DNA of 64,000 nucleotides from Bdellovibrionales bacterium (GTDB taxonomy: Bacteria; Bdellovibrionota; Bdellovibrionia; Bdellovibrionales; Bdellovibrionaceae): contig JANMPT010000028.1 of NCBI GenBank assembly GCA_031370005.1, positions 1-64,000 of the forward strand. Reading direction: 5' to 3'. The translations under genes were made by a program, and so were the position numbers. Positions within the stretch are counted from its first letter, which is position 1. Each line of letters opens with the position of its first letter. Shown here piece after piece: positions 37,551 through 46,922 of this stretch. The notes beneath the pieces were generated by a model. The model was given only the letters and a program-made list of their open reading frames with translations, ran no database searches and was not told the DNA's origin.

Positions 37551-37998
37551 TTACTTTGTCTTCCAATTTTAATAATTCGGGAGTCAAATCTCTTACTCTA
37601 TTCAAAATTTGAGGGATCTTTCCCGCTGAATACTCGTGAACAGAAATATTTCGAAGCTGCCGAACCTCCATCCAGAGATCAGCACTTTCAACGATTCCAA
37701 ATTTTTCAGCTTGATCTAAAAAATCCCGCAAAGAACCACGAAACCCAGGATCACCACTTAGCACATAAGTTTTTATATATTTTGATAAAAAAATATCTGA
37801 AACTCTTCCAAACCTTGCGACCAAGCCCTCCCAGGTTTCGAGATCTTCGGAGCTAAGACCCGAAATATCAGACGTAAGACTCTGAACTTTATTATAACTA
37901 TATTTTAAATGCTTTATTCCCTCTAGGATTTCTGTTTTTGCTTCGATAAATATTGCTTTAAAATCTTGAGTCATTGGTTTATCCGATTTGTTATTCAA
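37534..37998 (-). CDS. HEPN-domain / nucleotidyltransferase substrate-binding protein (toxin-like)
   Basis: EGLVARF, AEKFGIV..W, RNISVHEY (RX4H HEPN RNase motif). Overlaps the MNT gene. Confidence 0.8.
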   Translation of the reverse strand: MNNKSDKPMTQDFKAIFIEAKTEILEGIKHLKYSYNKVQSLTSDISGLSSEDLETWEGLVARFGRVSDIFLSKYIKTYVLSGDPGFRGSLRDFLDQAEKFGIVESADLWMEVRQLRNISVHEYSAGKIPQILNRVRDLTPELLKLEDKVNAIKL

Positions 37999-38036
37999 TG
38001 TTGTCCTTAGACTGATGTTAAGCGGCGCGATTTTTT

Positions 38037-38061
38037 ATTTCAACTTTAAAATTGCACAATA
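38037..38061. repeat. 25-bp exact direct repeat, copy 2
   Basis: ATTTCAACTTTAAAATTGCACAATA, upstream of the HEPN gene. Confidence 0.9.
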
Positions 38062-38070
38062 AAAAACTAC

Positions 38071-38877
38071 TTATCTCTTCAAAAGAATGAGATGAAAACT
38101 TAGCACCGTGAGAAACAGCATTAGCGCTGGAAGCAAAAGCAAATGTGGAAACTGAGACAAGGAACGCCAGCCCTCTTGGAGCAAGATGCCCCAGCTCACC
38201 TGCGGGGATTGCAAACCATAGCCGGCAAAGCTAATCATACTCTCGTAAAGAATACTGGCCGGTATCTGCATGGCAAAAAGAACCCACAAAGTTCCCTGCA
38301 TGTTTGGCAAGATGTGCCTACGAAAGACTCGAAATGGAGTTGCACCTAGGGCCCGAGCCGCATCAACATAACTCAGGGCCTTGATTTGTTTGGTTTGTCC
38401 CCTCGTCACCTTAGCAATATTAAACCAATGCACCAGTGAGATTGAAAAGCCCAGGGCGACCAGAGTTTTTAGGTTAAAATCCCCGATGTTCAAAATATTT
38501 TGCAAGAAAAGACATAATAGAGATACCAATAAAAAGCTTGGAATTGCCTGAAGAACATCCAGGCTGCGAATCAATAAACTTTCTCTCCATCCGCCCAACC
38601 AGCCTGCCAAGGCTCCTATACTGACTCCAAGAAGCATCGTCAGACTACTTGAAAAAATCGCAACGAATAAAGAAATCCGCGCCCCATAAAAAACACGAGT
38701 GAAAAGATCGCGACCCAAAGAATCTGTGCCAAACCAATGATTCGTATTTGGAGACAATAAAATGCTATTTGGGTCTTGTTGATCAAAAGAAATTCCACTT
38801 AAGGTCTCCGCTGAAGCTGTGAGCACCAAGAGCGCCACCAGAAAAAGTAATCCAAAATGCCATGACTTGATTTTCAT
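38071..38877 (-). CDS. oppC: Oligopeptide ABC transporter permease (OppC/DppC)
   Basis: HWFGTDSLGRDLFTR..YGARISL, EAA loop YVDAARALGA, HILPN, SWG. Confidence 0.85.
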   Translation of the reverse strand: MKIKSWHFGLLFLVALLVLTASAETLSGISFDQQDPNSILLSPNTNHWFGTDSLGRDLFTRVFYGARISLFVAIFSSSLTMLLGVSIGALAGWLGGWRESLLIRSLDVLQAIPSFLLVSLLCLFLQNILNIGDFNLKTLVALGFSISLVHWFNIAKVTRGQTKQIKALSYVDAARALGATPFRVFRRHILPNMQGTLWVLFAMQIPASILYESMISFAGYGLQSPQVSWGILLQEGWRSLSQFPHLLLLPALMLFLTVLSFHLILLKR

Positions 38878-39794
38878 CCTTGGCCTCGAGTCCGAGGATC
38901 TAACCACAGAGCGCATATATCAAAAATATTTGTCAACAAAATCAAACTCGCACCGTAAACAAGTACAAGCCCCATCACTACCGGATAATCGCGAAGATTC
39001 AAGCTCTCTACGAACTGTTGACCAAGTCCTGGAATCGAAAATAAAACCTCCACAAGGAAAGACCCAGAGATCAAACCAACGATCATAGAACCACTTATCG
39101 AAAGCACAGGCATAAGTGAGTTTTTATAGGCATGATTCACCAAGATCTTCCACGGGGAAAGGCCCTTGGCTTTTGCCGTGCGAATAAAATCCAGCTGCAT
39201 AGTTTCCTTCAGGGAATTTCCCATCAACAGATTGAGCTGTGCCCAGGGGCGAAGACTCAGAGTTAGAGCTGGTAAAATATAATGCCAAGGGCTGGTGAGA
39301 AAAGCAGTTGGCAACAAATTGAGATAAAATCCAAAAAAATAAATCAGCACAGGCCCCAAGAAAAGTGATGGCAAGGAAATTGAAATCACATTTAAAAAAT
39401 CAATCCCACGGCTGAAAAAAGAGTTCCCATTGAGAGCCAAAAAAAAACTGGCGGCAAAGGCAAAGAAATACGCTAAAACAATTGCCAGAACATTCAAAAT
39501 TAAAGTCTGTGAAAAACCTTGATGCAAAATCTCGCTGACAGTTTTACCTGTCTGAACCATCGAGTTCCCCAGGCTTCCCTGAGAAAGACCGTGAAGATAA
39601 TGAGCAAATTGACTTAAAAATGGCTTATCCAGAGCCCAGAGTCTTTGAATATTTTCTTTTACGAGGGGATTTAAAGAGGCTTCCTCATCGAAGGGGCCCC
39701 CAGGCATGCTATGAAGAAATAAAAAAGTCAAAAAAACCAAAACAAAAAGAGACGTGACAGTTTCAAAAATCTTGCGAAGCAAAAGGAGCTTCAC
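38874..39794 (-). CDS. oppB: Oligopeptide ABC transporter permease (OppB/DppB)
   Basis: MPGGPF, LDKP, HYILPAL, DFIRTAKAKGL, VEVLFSIPGLG, RDYPVV. Confidence 0.85.
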   Translation of the reverse strand: MKLLLLRKIFETVTSLFVLVFLTFLFLHSMPGGPFDEEASLNPLVKENIQRLWALDKPFLSQFAHYLHGLSQGSLGNSMVQTGKTVSEILHQGFSQTLILNVLAIVLAYFFAFAASFFLALNGNSFFSRGIDFLNVISISLPSLFLGPVLIYFFGFYLNLLPTAFLTSPWHYILPALTLSLRPWAQLNLLMGNSLKETMQLDFIRTAKAKGLSPWKILVNHAYKNSLMPVLSISGSMIVGLISGSFLVEVLFSIPGLGQQFVESLNLRDYPVVMGLVLVYGASLILLTNIFDICALWLDPRTRGQG

Positions 39795-39801
39795 GCTCTC
39801 C

Positions 39802-42267
39802 CTAGATATCATCCCAGGATTCCTTTTGAACCGTTTGGCCGTCATTTTTATATGGGACAGGGTCTACAAGATAAGTAAAAAGATCTTTCTTATTTCCATA
39901 GAGCTGTGAGTACACATAGCAGTTCGAAATCACTTTTTTCACATAGTTGCGAGTCTCAAGGAAGGGAATATGCTCAATAAACTCATCAGTTTCTAGATGC
40001 CCAAAAGAGGCCAACCAGTTTTTCACACGGTGTGGTCCTGCATTGTAACCTGCCGCCACCAGGGGAATCGTATTATCAAATTTCACCATCAAGCGTTGCA
40101 AATAGCGGCTGCCCATTTTGATTGCGGCACTTGGCTCTAACAACTGGCGAGGTTGAAAGTCTTTTTCACCCAACAGATTCGCCACTCTGTAACCTGTAAA
40201 TGGCATCACTTGCATCAGGCCCAAAGCACCCACTGGAGAAATTGCATCTTTGCGATACTGACTCTCTGCTCGCATAATGCCCCAGACAAGCTCATTTGGA
40301 ACCGAAAAGTCTTTAGAATATTTATCGACATATTTTGCAAAGGCCTTTGGATAAGCAAACTCCCAGAAACTGCGACCACCGTCTACACCACTGGAGCGTT
40401 GGCCTGAGAAAAATACCTGACCAATATAAGAAGAACGATGGAAATAGCCAACAGCATTGTACTCCGTCATCAAAGACTTCATGAAATCTTTGTTGCGAGT
40501 TTTCTTTTCGATATCGTAAAGATCCCATTTCGCCCAGTCCTCTAGGCCAACAGCCATCAAATCCCTGGCTTTTTCAAAACGTTTTGCTAAAACCGAGTTT
40601 GTACCTTGGGCCTTATCAGCTTCAGTCAAATCCGCAACATCAACTTGTTTTTCGTCAGTGCCTTCGGCTAGTTCATTTGATTCATCATCTGCAGATTCTT
40701 CGGCGAACTCCTGTAGCACCAGACCTTCTTCAGTTTCGGCATCGGCGCCAGTCACTGTCGGCAACATCTGATCATCAATGGTCGGAATCATAAATTCGCT
40801 AGAAGGCATTCTTGAAACCCAGCCAATACTCGGCTCGGGAACACTACGAGAAGCCATCTTTGGCTGGATATTTTGAATTTTTTTAAGTCTGTAGCGAGCC
40901 GCTATTGAGTAATAGCCCATCAAAGGATCCTGTGCCAATTTCTCAAAATGAGCTTTAGCTTGGTCGTATTTTTCTTGTCGATAAAGACTCATCGCCATCC
41001 AATAATTCGTCCGATCCGCTGGATATCTGGCGCGGCGATGGTGGCCGTGGTTTTTTACCACTTGCAACTGACTGAGTGATATATAAGCCCCTTGATAATC
41101 CCCTTTAAGATACTTGATCCAAGAGAGTTGCCACTTTGCATCGAGGCTCAAGGCTGAGCTTGGATAAACTCTCATGAACTCTTTAAATCTGCGAGCGGCC
41201 CCGTCATAATCTTGAAATTGATAGCTCAAGAATGCCGACTGATAAAGAGCCTCTTTGGCTTGCTTTGCTCGCGGACTCATTTTGTAAGCAGCATAGTAAG
41301 ATCCCACGGCGGCCTGAACCTCACCGGCGCGAGCAGCTATGGAGGCAAAATTGATCAAATACGAAAAGTTTCCTTTCTTCTTCTCGTAGTAGGGCTTTAA
41401 GAGCTCGTAAGCTTTGCTGAGCTCCCCCTCTTGTGCAAAATACTGAGCTTGGACTTGATCTGCCAAATAAGGATCTTCTTTGACAAGACGCCCACGAAAG
41501 CTATTGATCTCTTCTTGGGCTTTTTTATCGTAGCCGGCAAAGATCAGATAACGAACGCGGGATTTAAAATCGTCCAAATTCGATGGGCAAACAGTGGCTT
41601 TGTTGCCAATTTTATTTTCCGCCAGATCAAAGCCCCATTCTGAAACCTTCGCAGCAGTTGGATAACGTGAATAGAGCTTTTCTGCCCACTTACACATTCC
41701 GCGATGGCTGGCCATCCCTTGCTCTGCCAAGGCCAAAAAGTAAAGAACATCTGGGTACTCTTCAGAGCCACGAGTGCGTCTTTCAATTTTCCGGAAATTA
41801 TTTCGCGCATCTTTGAAATTTCCATGTTGAAGTGCTATTTGACCAGACATGGATATAGAATCAATTTTCAATTTTATATTCGGAAAATGCTCATCCACCT
41901 TCTTAAATTCCGCTTGTGCTTCAGATAGCTTATTAAGCTTAAAGTAAGCCATTCCCTTATAAAAATATGCATATTCCTCAAGATTGCTTTTTTCTTTCAA
42001 AACTTGTTCTAAGCTCGCAATGGCTTTTTCGTAATCACCATTGTCATAATAAAGCATCGCCAAACTAAATGGCAAAAGCTGACGATCATCCCCAGGTGAA
42101 TTCTTTTGAATTTCCTTTTGCAATAACTCTATAGCTTCACTCCGCTTTCCATTTTGCTTAAGCTCACGAAGCTTTGCCTGCAATTCAGAACTCGCAAATG
42201 AGACAGCGCCTCCAAGCATCGCGGATACCGTTAACGCCAATAAAAGAAGATTTTTGAGACTGACCAT
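39802..42267 (-). CDS. TPR-containing soluble lytic transglycosylase (Slt-like)
   Basis: TPR-like helices and a C-terminal SLT domain: IMRAES, SPVGALGLMQVMP, AGYNAGP, IPFLETRNYVKKV. Confidence 0.9.
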   Translation of the reverse strand: MVSLKNLLLLALTVSAMLGGAVSFASSELQAKLRELKQNGKRSEAIELLQKEIQKNSPGDDRQLLPFSLAMLYYDNGDYEKAIASLEQVLKEKSNLEEYAYFYKGMAYFKLNKLSEAQAEFKKVDEHFPNIKLKIDSISMSGQIALQHGNFKDARNNFRKIERRTRGSEEYPDVLYFLALAEQGMASHRGMCKWAEKLYSRYPTAAKVSEWGFDLAENKIGNKATVCPSNLDDFKSRVRYLIFAGYDKKAQEEINSFRGRLVKEDPYLADQVQAQYFAQEGELSKAYELLKPYYEKKKGNFSYLINFASIAARAGEVQAAVGSYYAAYKMSPRAKQAKEALYQSAFLSYQFQDYDGAARRFKEFMRVYPSSALSLDAKWQLSWIKYLKGDYQGAYISLSQLQVVKNHGHHRRARYPADRTNYWMAMSLYRQEKYDQAKAHFEKLAQDPLMGYYSIAARYRLKKIQNIQPKMASRSVPEPSIGWVSRMPSSEFMIPTIDDQMLPTVTGADAETEEGLVLQEFAEESADDESNELAEGTDEKQVDVADLTEADKAQGTNSVLAKRFEKARDLMAVGLEDWAKWDLYDIEKKTRNKDFMKSLMTEYNAVGYFHRSSYIGQVFFSGQRSSGVDGGRSFWEFAYPKAFAKYVDKYSKDFSVPNELVWGIMRAESQYRKDAISPVGALGLMQVMPFTGYRVANLLGEKDFQPRQLLEPSAAIKMGSRYLQRLMVKFDNTIPLVAAGYNAGPHRVKNWLASFGHLETDEFIEHIPFLETRNYVKKVISNCYVYSQLYGNKKDLFTYLVDPVPYKNDGQTVQKESWDDI

Positions 42268-42363
42268 AACCTTAAAACATACTTTTACTTTAGATTTGAG
42301 CAAGGGCATCTCCTGGAACCTTAATTATTTGAACTACACCTAGATTAATGATACCGAATAACT

Positions 42364-43758
42364 ATGGCAAAATCGAAGACCAAAACACTTTATGTCTGTC
42401 AAAATTGCGGAGCACAAAGGTCCCGTTGGGAGGGCAAGTGCACGGACTGTGGAGCCTGGAATACCATGGTAGAGGAGCTACAAGTCGGAGAAGTAAAGAC
42501 TCGTGGCTGGTCCGTGGCAACTGAGGGCTCTTCTATGCCCCTTTCCGCAAAGCCGGTCTCCCTGGACCAAAGACTAGAGGAAATGCATCTGACTCGTTTT
42601 GATACGGGTTACCAAGAGTTCAATCGGGTTTTAGGCGGTGGTCTCGCAAAAGGCAGTTTTGTCTTACTCGGCGGCTCGCCGGGAATTGGCAAAAGCACTT
42701 TGCTCTTACAAATGGCAGGTGGGCTTGCTCAAAATAAAAACCGCGTCCTTTATATTTCTGGGGAAGAAAGTGTCGCGCAGACAGGTTCCCGCGCTCATCG
42801 ATTAGGTATTAAAACTCCACTGATTGAGATTGCTGCAGAAAGCAATCTGCACACCATCATGGGCTTGGCTCGCCAAAAAAAACCTGACGTCCTGGTCGTT
42901 GACTCGATCCAAACTGTTTATCTTTCCGATCTGCAAGCGGCACCTGGGTCAGTTTCCCAAGTCCGCGAGTGCGCAGGGCACTTGATGGGACTCGCCAAAG
43001 GAGATGGAATCACAGTGATTCTTATCGGTCACGTCACCAAAGACGGGAGTATCGCGGGTCCAAAAGTTCTCGAGCATATGGTAGATTGCGTACTCTCTTT
43101 TGACGGGGACACTTCTTATAATTTTCGACTATTGCGCTCTCTTAAAAACCGTTTTGGAGCAGCCCAGGAACTCGGCGTATTTCAAATGAACGCCAAAGGC
43201 CTAGAGGAAGTCGCAAACCCTTCTGAATTATTCCTTGAGGAACGTGGCGATCAACTTATTGGTTCCGCAGTTTTTGCCTCGATGGAGGGAACACGTCCTT
43301 TGCTTTGCGAAGTGCAAGCCTTGACTCTTTCAAGTCCCATGGCTATGCCTCGGCGAACGGCATTAGGTATTGATGTGAATCGCTTGCATCTTCTGACGGC
43401 AGTTCTCGACAGGCATCTTGACATTCACTTAAGCCACAGCGACATTTTTATTAATGTTGTTGGAGGATTGAAACTTGTTGAACCCGCTTCTGACTTGGCA
43501 GTGGCGGCCGCAGTTCTTTCCACCGAAGGTCGTAAAGAACTCGATGCTAAAACAGTTTTCTTTGGTGAGATCGGCCTAACCGGCGAGGTGCGCGGAGTTT
43601 CTTTTGTTGAAACCCGTATGAAGGAGGCCGACAAGCTGGGCTTCACTCATTTTGTAATGCCCTTTTCTAACAAAAGACATTTAGGTGATTTCAAACTCTC
43701 GAAAGACAAAAAAATTAGTTATGTTAAGAATGTCCACGAGCTACAAAAGTTAATCTAG
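42364..43758 (+). CDS. radA: DNA repair protein RadA/Sms
   Basis: CQNCG..W.GKCTDC zinc finger, GSPGIGKSTLLLQ, KNRFG, Lon-like C-terminus. Confidence 0.97.
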   Translation: MAKSKTKTLYVCQNCGAQRSRWEGKCTDCGAWNTMVEELQVGEVKTRGWSVATEGSSMPLSAKPVSLDQRLEEMHLTRFDTGYQEFNRVLGGGLAKGSFVLLGGSPGIGKSTLLLQMAGGLAQNKNRVLYISGEESVAQTGSRAHRLGIKTPLIEIAAESNLHTIMGLARQKKPDVLVVDSIQTVYLSDLQAAPGSVSQVRECAGHLMGLAKGDGITVILIGHVTKDGSIAGPKVLEHMVDCVLSFDGDTSYNFRLLRSLKNRFGAAQELGVFQMNAKGLEEVANPSELFLEERGDQLIGSAVFASMEGTRPLLCEVQALTLSSPMAMPRRTALGIDVNRLHLLTAVLDRHLDIHLSHSDIFINVVGGLKLVEPASDLAVAAAVLSTEGRKELDAKTVFFGEIGLTGEVRGVSFVETRMKEADKLGFTHFVMPFSNKRHLGDFKLSKDKKISYVKNVHELQKLI

Positions 43759-43777
43759 ATCATAGAGGGGAAGCCGC

Positions 43778-44185
43778 ATGTCAACAGAATCGATCACATC
43801 CAATGGCACTGCTATTTTTCGGGAGACCTATGCGCCAAATGATTTTATTTTCTTCGAGAGCGACATCGAAAGTCACTTCTACATCATCGAGTCCGGCCAA
43901 GTTCAAATCTTCACCAAAAACAAAGCAGGCAAACGTATCGACATTCTACTTGTTGAGGAGGGTGAATCCTTTGGCGAGTTTGCTCTTCTAGACAACAAGC
44001 CCCGCTCTGCCTCCGCACAGGCCGTCACTGACGTTTCATTGATCAAGGTTTCCACGGAGGGCTATGAGCAATTGCTCGCTGACCTTCCCGTTTGGGCATC
44101 TTGTATGATGAAGTCTTTTGTTGTGCGTCTCAAAAATATGACCGAACAACTCCGCTCCAGTGATCAGTTCCTGAGCCGAAAATAA
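43778..44185 (+). CDS. Stand-alone cyclic nucleotide-binding domain protein
   Basis: FYIIESGQV, GESFGEFALLD..PRSASA. Confidence 0.85.
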   Translation: MSTESITSNGTAIFRETYAPNDFIFFESDIESHFYIIESGQVQIFTKNKAGKRIDILLVEEGESFGEFALLDNKPRSASAQAVTDVSLIKVSTEGYEQLLADLPVWASCMMKSFVVRLKNMTEQLRSSDQFLSRK

Positions 44186-44197
44186 GCAGCTCACAGC

Positions 44198-44260
44198 CGC
44201 AAGTCTGCCGAGCTTCCAGCGTTCTCCCCATCCCGAATAAAAAACATCAAGCTTTTTCAT
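44198..44260 (-). pseudogene. 5' remnant (~21 codons) of a HipA-family toxin gene
   Basis: MKKLDVFYSGWGERWKLGRLA resembles the N-terminus of HipA-like toxins. ATGA-coupled to the HTH gene; similarity ends abruptly. Confidence 0.6.
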
Positions 44261-44562
44261 CGAGCCCTTCGAGGTATTTTCTTTGATTTGTACTTTTCTA
44301 TTTTTTCCATCTCTGAAATCGAATCAATTTTTAAAGTAAAAAGAGACTCAAGGTCTTGTGTTAGATCCAACGCCATAATGATTCGAATCCATATTTCCAA
44401 AGAGGCTTGGCCCTTGGACTCAAGGTTTTTAATGGTTCCCACAGAAATCCCGACCCGCTCCGCAAGTTCTTGTTGCTTTATATTTTTGGCCAAACGCTGA
44501 GCCTTGAGCCGCTGCCCCAACTCATAGCAAATCTCCCTGGAGGACGACAATATAAAGTGCAA
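44257..44562 (-). CDS. XRE-family HTH protein, HipB-like antitoxin
   Basis: ELGQRLKAQRL..NIKQQELAERVGISVGTIKNLE..G.ASL, C-terminal PRRAR. Confidence 0.8.
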   Translation of the reverse strand: MHFILSSSREICYELGQRLKAQRLAKNIKQQELAERVGISVGTIKNLESKGQASLEIWIRIIMALDLTQDLESLFTLKIDSISEMEKIEKYKSKKIPRRAR

Positions 44563-44596
44563 TATTTTATCCTTTAATACACATCTAACAGCTTTA

Positions 44597-44625
44597 AGTA
44601 TAATATATTATACCTTAAACGTCAA
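44597..44625 (-). promoter_or_regulatory. Sigma70 promoter (TTGACG-N17-TATACT) with an overlapping 16-bp palindromic operator
   Basis: -35 at 44620-44625, -10 at 44597-44602. GTATAATATATTATAC (44598-44613) is a perfect palindrome. Confidence 0.75.
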
Positions 44626-44642
44626 GACCACGCCGGCCCAGC

Positions 44643-46130
44643 TCAGGCCTTGCGCAGGGCTTTTTCCCAGCTGGCCAAACGAAGCTTGCGGTCTTTCTGG
44701 GCCATCTCTACCTTGAAGCTGCGATCACTCTTCCAGATTTTTCGAATGTCATCAACATTGGACCAAAAACCAACTCCGAGACCCGCAAGGTAAGCTGCAC
44801 CAATGGCCGTGCTTTCAAGGATCTGAGGGCGCACGACCTGAGTTGCTGCATAATCAGCCTGCAACTGCATCAAAAGATTGTTCGCAGAAGCACCACCATC
44901 AACTTTGATACTTTTTAATTTTTTACCAAGATCCTTTTGCATCGCTGCCATGATATCAACATTTTGCAAAGCCATGGCCTCCAAGGTCGCACGGGCCACG
45001 TGCGCCTTTGTGCTTCCGCGAGTGAGCCCACAAAGAACACCACGGGCTTCGGGATTCCAGTGAGGAGCCCCGAGCCCCGTCAGCGCCGGGACAAACTCAA
45101 CACCTTCACTGTTGGCCACGGAAGCCGCAAGCTGTTCCACTTCAGAGCTGTGTTGAAAAAACTGAAGACCGTCACGCAACCACTGAACTGCTGCACCACA
45201 GACAAAGGCTCCGCCCTCTAGCGCGTAAACCATCTTTTGATCGCGCAGTTTCCAAGCCACCGTGGTCAGTAAACGAGCCTTCGAAACCACCGCCTTTGTG
45301 CCCGTATTAAGTAAAATAAAGCTACCCGTTCCAAAAGTGCATTTCACATCACCAATATCAAAGCAAGTTTGGCCAAAAAGTGCCGCCTGCTGGTCGCCGG
45401 CAACTCCAGCAATAGGAATACCATCAGGAAGTATTCCAAGTCCTTTGGTTTTGCCAAGCTCACCGCTGGAGGGCGCAATTTCTGCCATCAAAGCCGCCGG
45501 AACATCGAAAAGTTTTAAAAGCTCGTCATCCCACCAAGCAGTGTGAATATTCATCAACATCGTGCGAGAGGCATTGCTGACATCAGTCTTGTGAGATTCG
45601 CCCCCTGTAAGTCTCCATAATAAAAAACTATCAATAGTCCCTGCTGCAAGCTCGCCCCGCAGAGCACGGCCCTTGGCACCAGGAACATTTCTAAGAATCC
45701 ATTGAATCTTGCTGGCTGAAAAATACGGATCGATGACAAGGCCCGTTTTTTTGCTAATGATCTTTTCTTTATTATTTCTTTTAAGTTTCTCACAAACATC
45801 TTGGGTTCGACGACATTGCCAGACAATTGCATTATAAATAGCTTTGCCAGTTTTGCGATCCCACACGACCACCGTCTCCCTTTGATTCGTGATCCCAATC
45901 GCTGCAATCTGGTCACCACGAATACGAGTCTGCTCCATGGTTTTTTTCAAAGTATTAAGCGTGGTCCTCCAGATGTCCTCAGGATCATGCTCAACCCAGC
46001 CAGGCTTTGGAAAAATTTGCCGGAAGTCTTCATTGTTTTGACTAACAAGACCTCCGGCTTGGTTGACAATTGCAGTGCGAGTGCTAGTTGTACCTTGATC
46101 AATTGAAATGATATAACGAGACATAAACAA
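44643..46130 (-). CDS. glpK: Glycerol kinase
   Basis: IDQGTTSTR, GWVEHDP, GITNQRET, GDQQAALFGQ, YALEG, TGLGAPHW, VDGGA. Confidence 0.95.
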   Translation of the reverse strand: MFMSRYIISIDQGTTSTRTAIVNQAGGLVSQNNEDFRQIFPKPGWVEHDPEDIWRTTLNTLKKTMEQTRIRGDQIAAIGITNQRETVVVWDRKTGKAIYNAIVWQCRRTQDVCEKLKRNNKEKIISKKTGLVIDPYFSASKIQWILRNVPGAKGRALRGELAAGTIDSFLLWRLTGGESHKTDVSNASRTMLMNIHTAWWDDELLKLFDVPAALMAEIAPSSGELGKTKGLGILPDGIPIAGVAGDQQAALFGQTCFDIGDVKCTFGTGSFILLNTGTKAVVSKARLLTTVAWKLRDQKMVYALEGGAFVCGAAVQWLRDGLQFFQHSSEVEQLAASVANSEGVEFVPALTGLGAPHWNPEARGVLCGLTRGSTKAHVARATLEAMALQNVDIMAAMQKDLGKKLKSIKVDGGASANNLLMQLQADYAATQVVRPQILESTAIGAAYLAGLGVGFWSNVDDIRKIWKSDRSFKVEMAQKDRKLRLASWEKALRKA

Positions 46131-46150
46131 ACTCCTGGACGCTAACCATC

Positions 46151-46918
46151 ATGATGAATTTTTTTAGGAAACCCAACGAAAAAATTTTTAATCTGAGAAA
46201 TCTTGAACGTGATATTTTGTTATACCGCGTTCTGCCCCGTTGGATCATGGAACTCGTTCGCAAATATTTCCGCTTGGAAATCGAAGGCCTAGAGCACATA
46301 CCAAAAAAAGGAGCTGCCATTGTAACTCCTAACCACTCGGGCTATATGGGGATTGATGCAGCACTCCTTGCTCATATTCTCACACAGGAAGCACGGCGTA
46401 TTCCAAGAGTTTTAACTCACCATTTTTGGTTTTTAACAAAAACAACGGCTCTCCCTGCCCAAAAAATGGGCTTCACCGAAGCCACATTTTCTAATGGAAT
46501 AAAAGAACTTCGTAAGAAAAATTTGATTGTGGTTTTCCCAGAGGGCGAAGCCGGAAACTTTAAACCAACACAAAAAATGTATGAATTGCAAGAGTTCCGC
46601 CGTGGCTTTGTCCGCATGGCCCTTGAGACAGGAGCTCCGATCATTCCCTGCATTGTCATTGGCGCAGAGGAAAGTCAGATCAATCTAAAAGAATTAAAGC
46701 TTACTAAGTTTTTAAAAGGCTTGGTCATTCCATTGCCACTCAATGTGATCCCTCTACCGGTGAAATGGAAGATCAAGTTCTTAAAACCTATCCGCCTGCC
46801 CTACGGGCCCAAGGCCATAGGCAACACAGAGTTAATTCATGAAATCTGCGAAGAAATTCAAGAAAAAATGCAAACGGCAATGCACAAAGAACTAAAAAAA
46901 CGGAAATCGATTTTTTGA
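46151..46918 (+). CDS. Lysophospholipid (PlsC-like) acyltransferase
   Basis: NHSGYMGID (HX4-5D), VFPEG, GFVRMAL..GAPIIP. Confidence 0.85.
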   Translation: MMNFFRKPNEKIFNLRNLERDILLYRVLPRWIMELVRKYFRLEIEGLEHIPKKGAAIVTPNHSGYMGIDAALLAHILTQEARRIPRVLTHHFWFLTKTTALPAQKMGFTEATFSNGIKELRKKNLIVVFPEGEAGNFKPTQKMYELQEFRRGFVRMALETGAPIIPCIVIGAEESQINLKELKLTKFLKGLVIPLPLNVIPLPVKWKIKFLKPIRLPYGPKAIGNTELIHEICEEIQEKMQTAMHKELKKRKSIF

Positions 46919-46922
46919 ATTT

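Noticed and set aside
44036..44197. Remainder of the 74-aa minus-strand ORF as a real small protein
   Set aside because: After codon ~21 it is read-through antisense to the cNMP-binding gene. Only the 5' part looks like a genuine HipA remnant.
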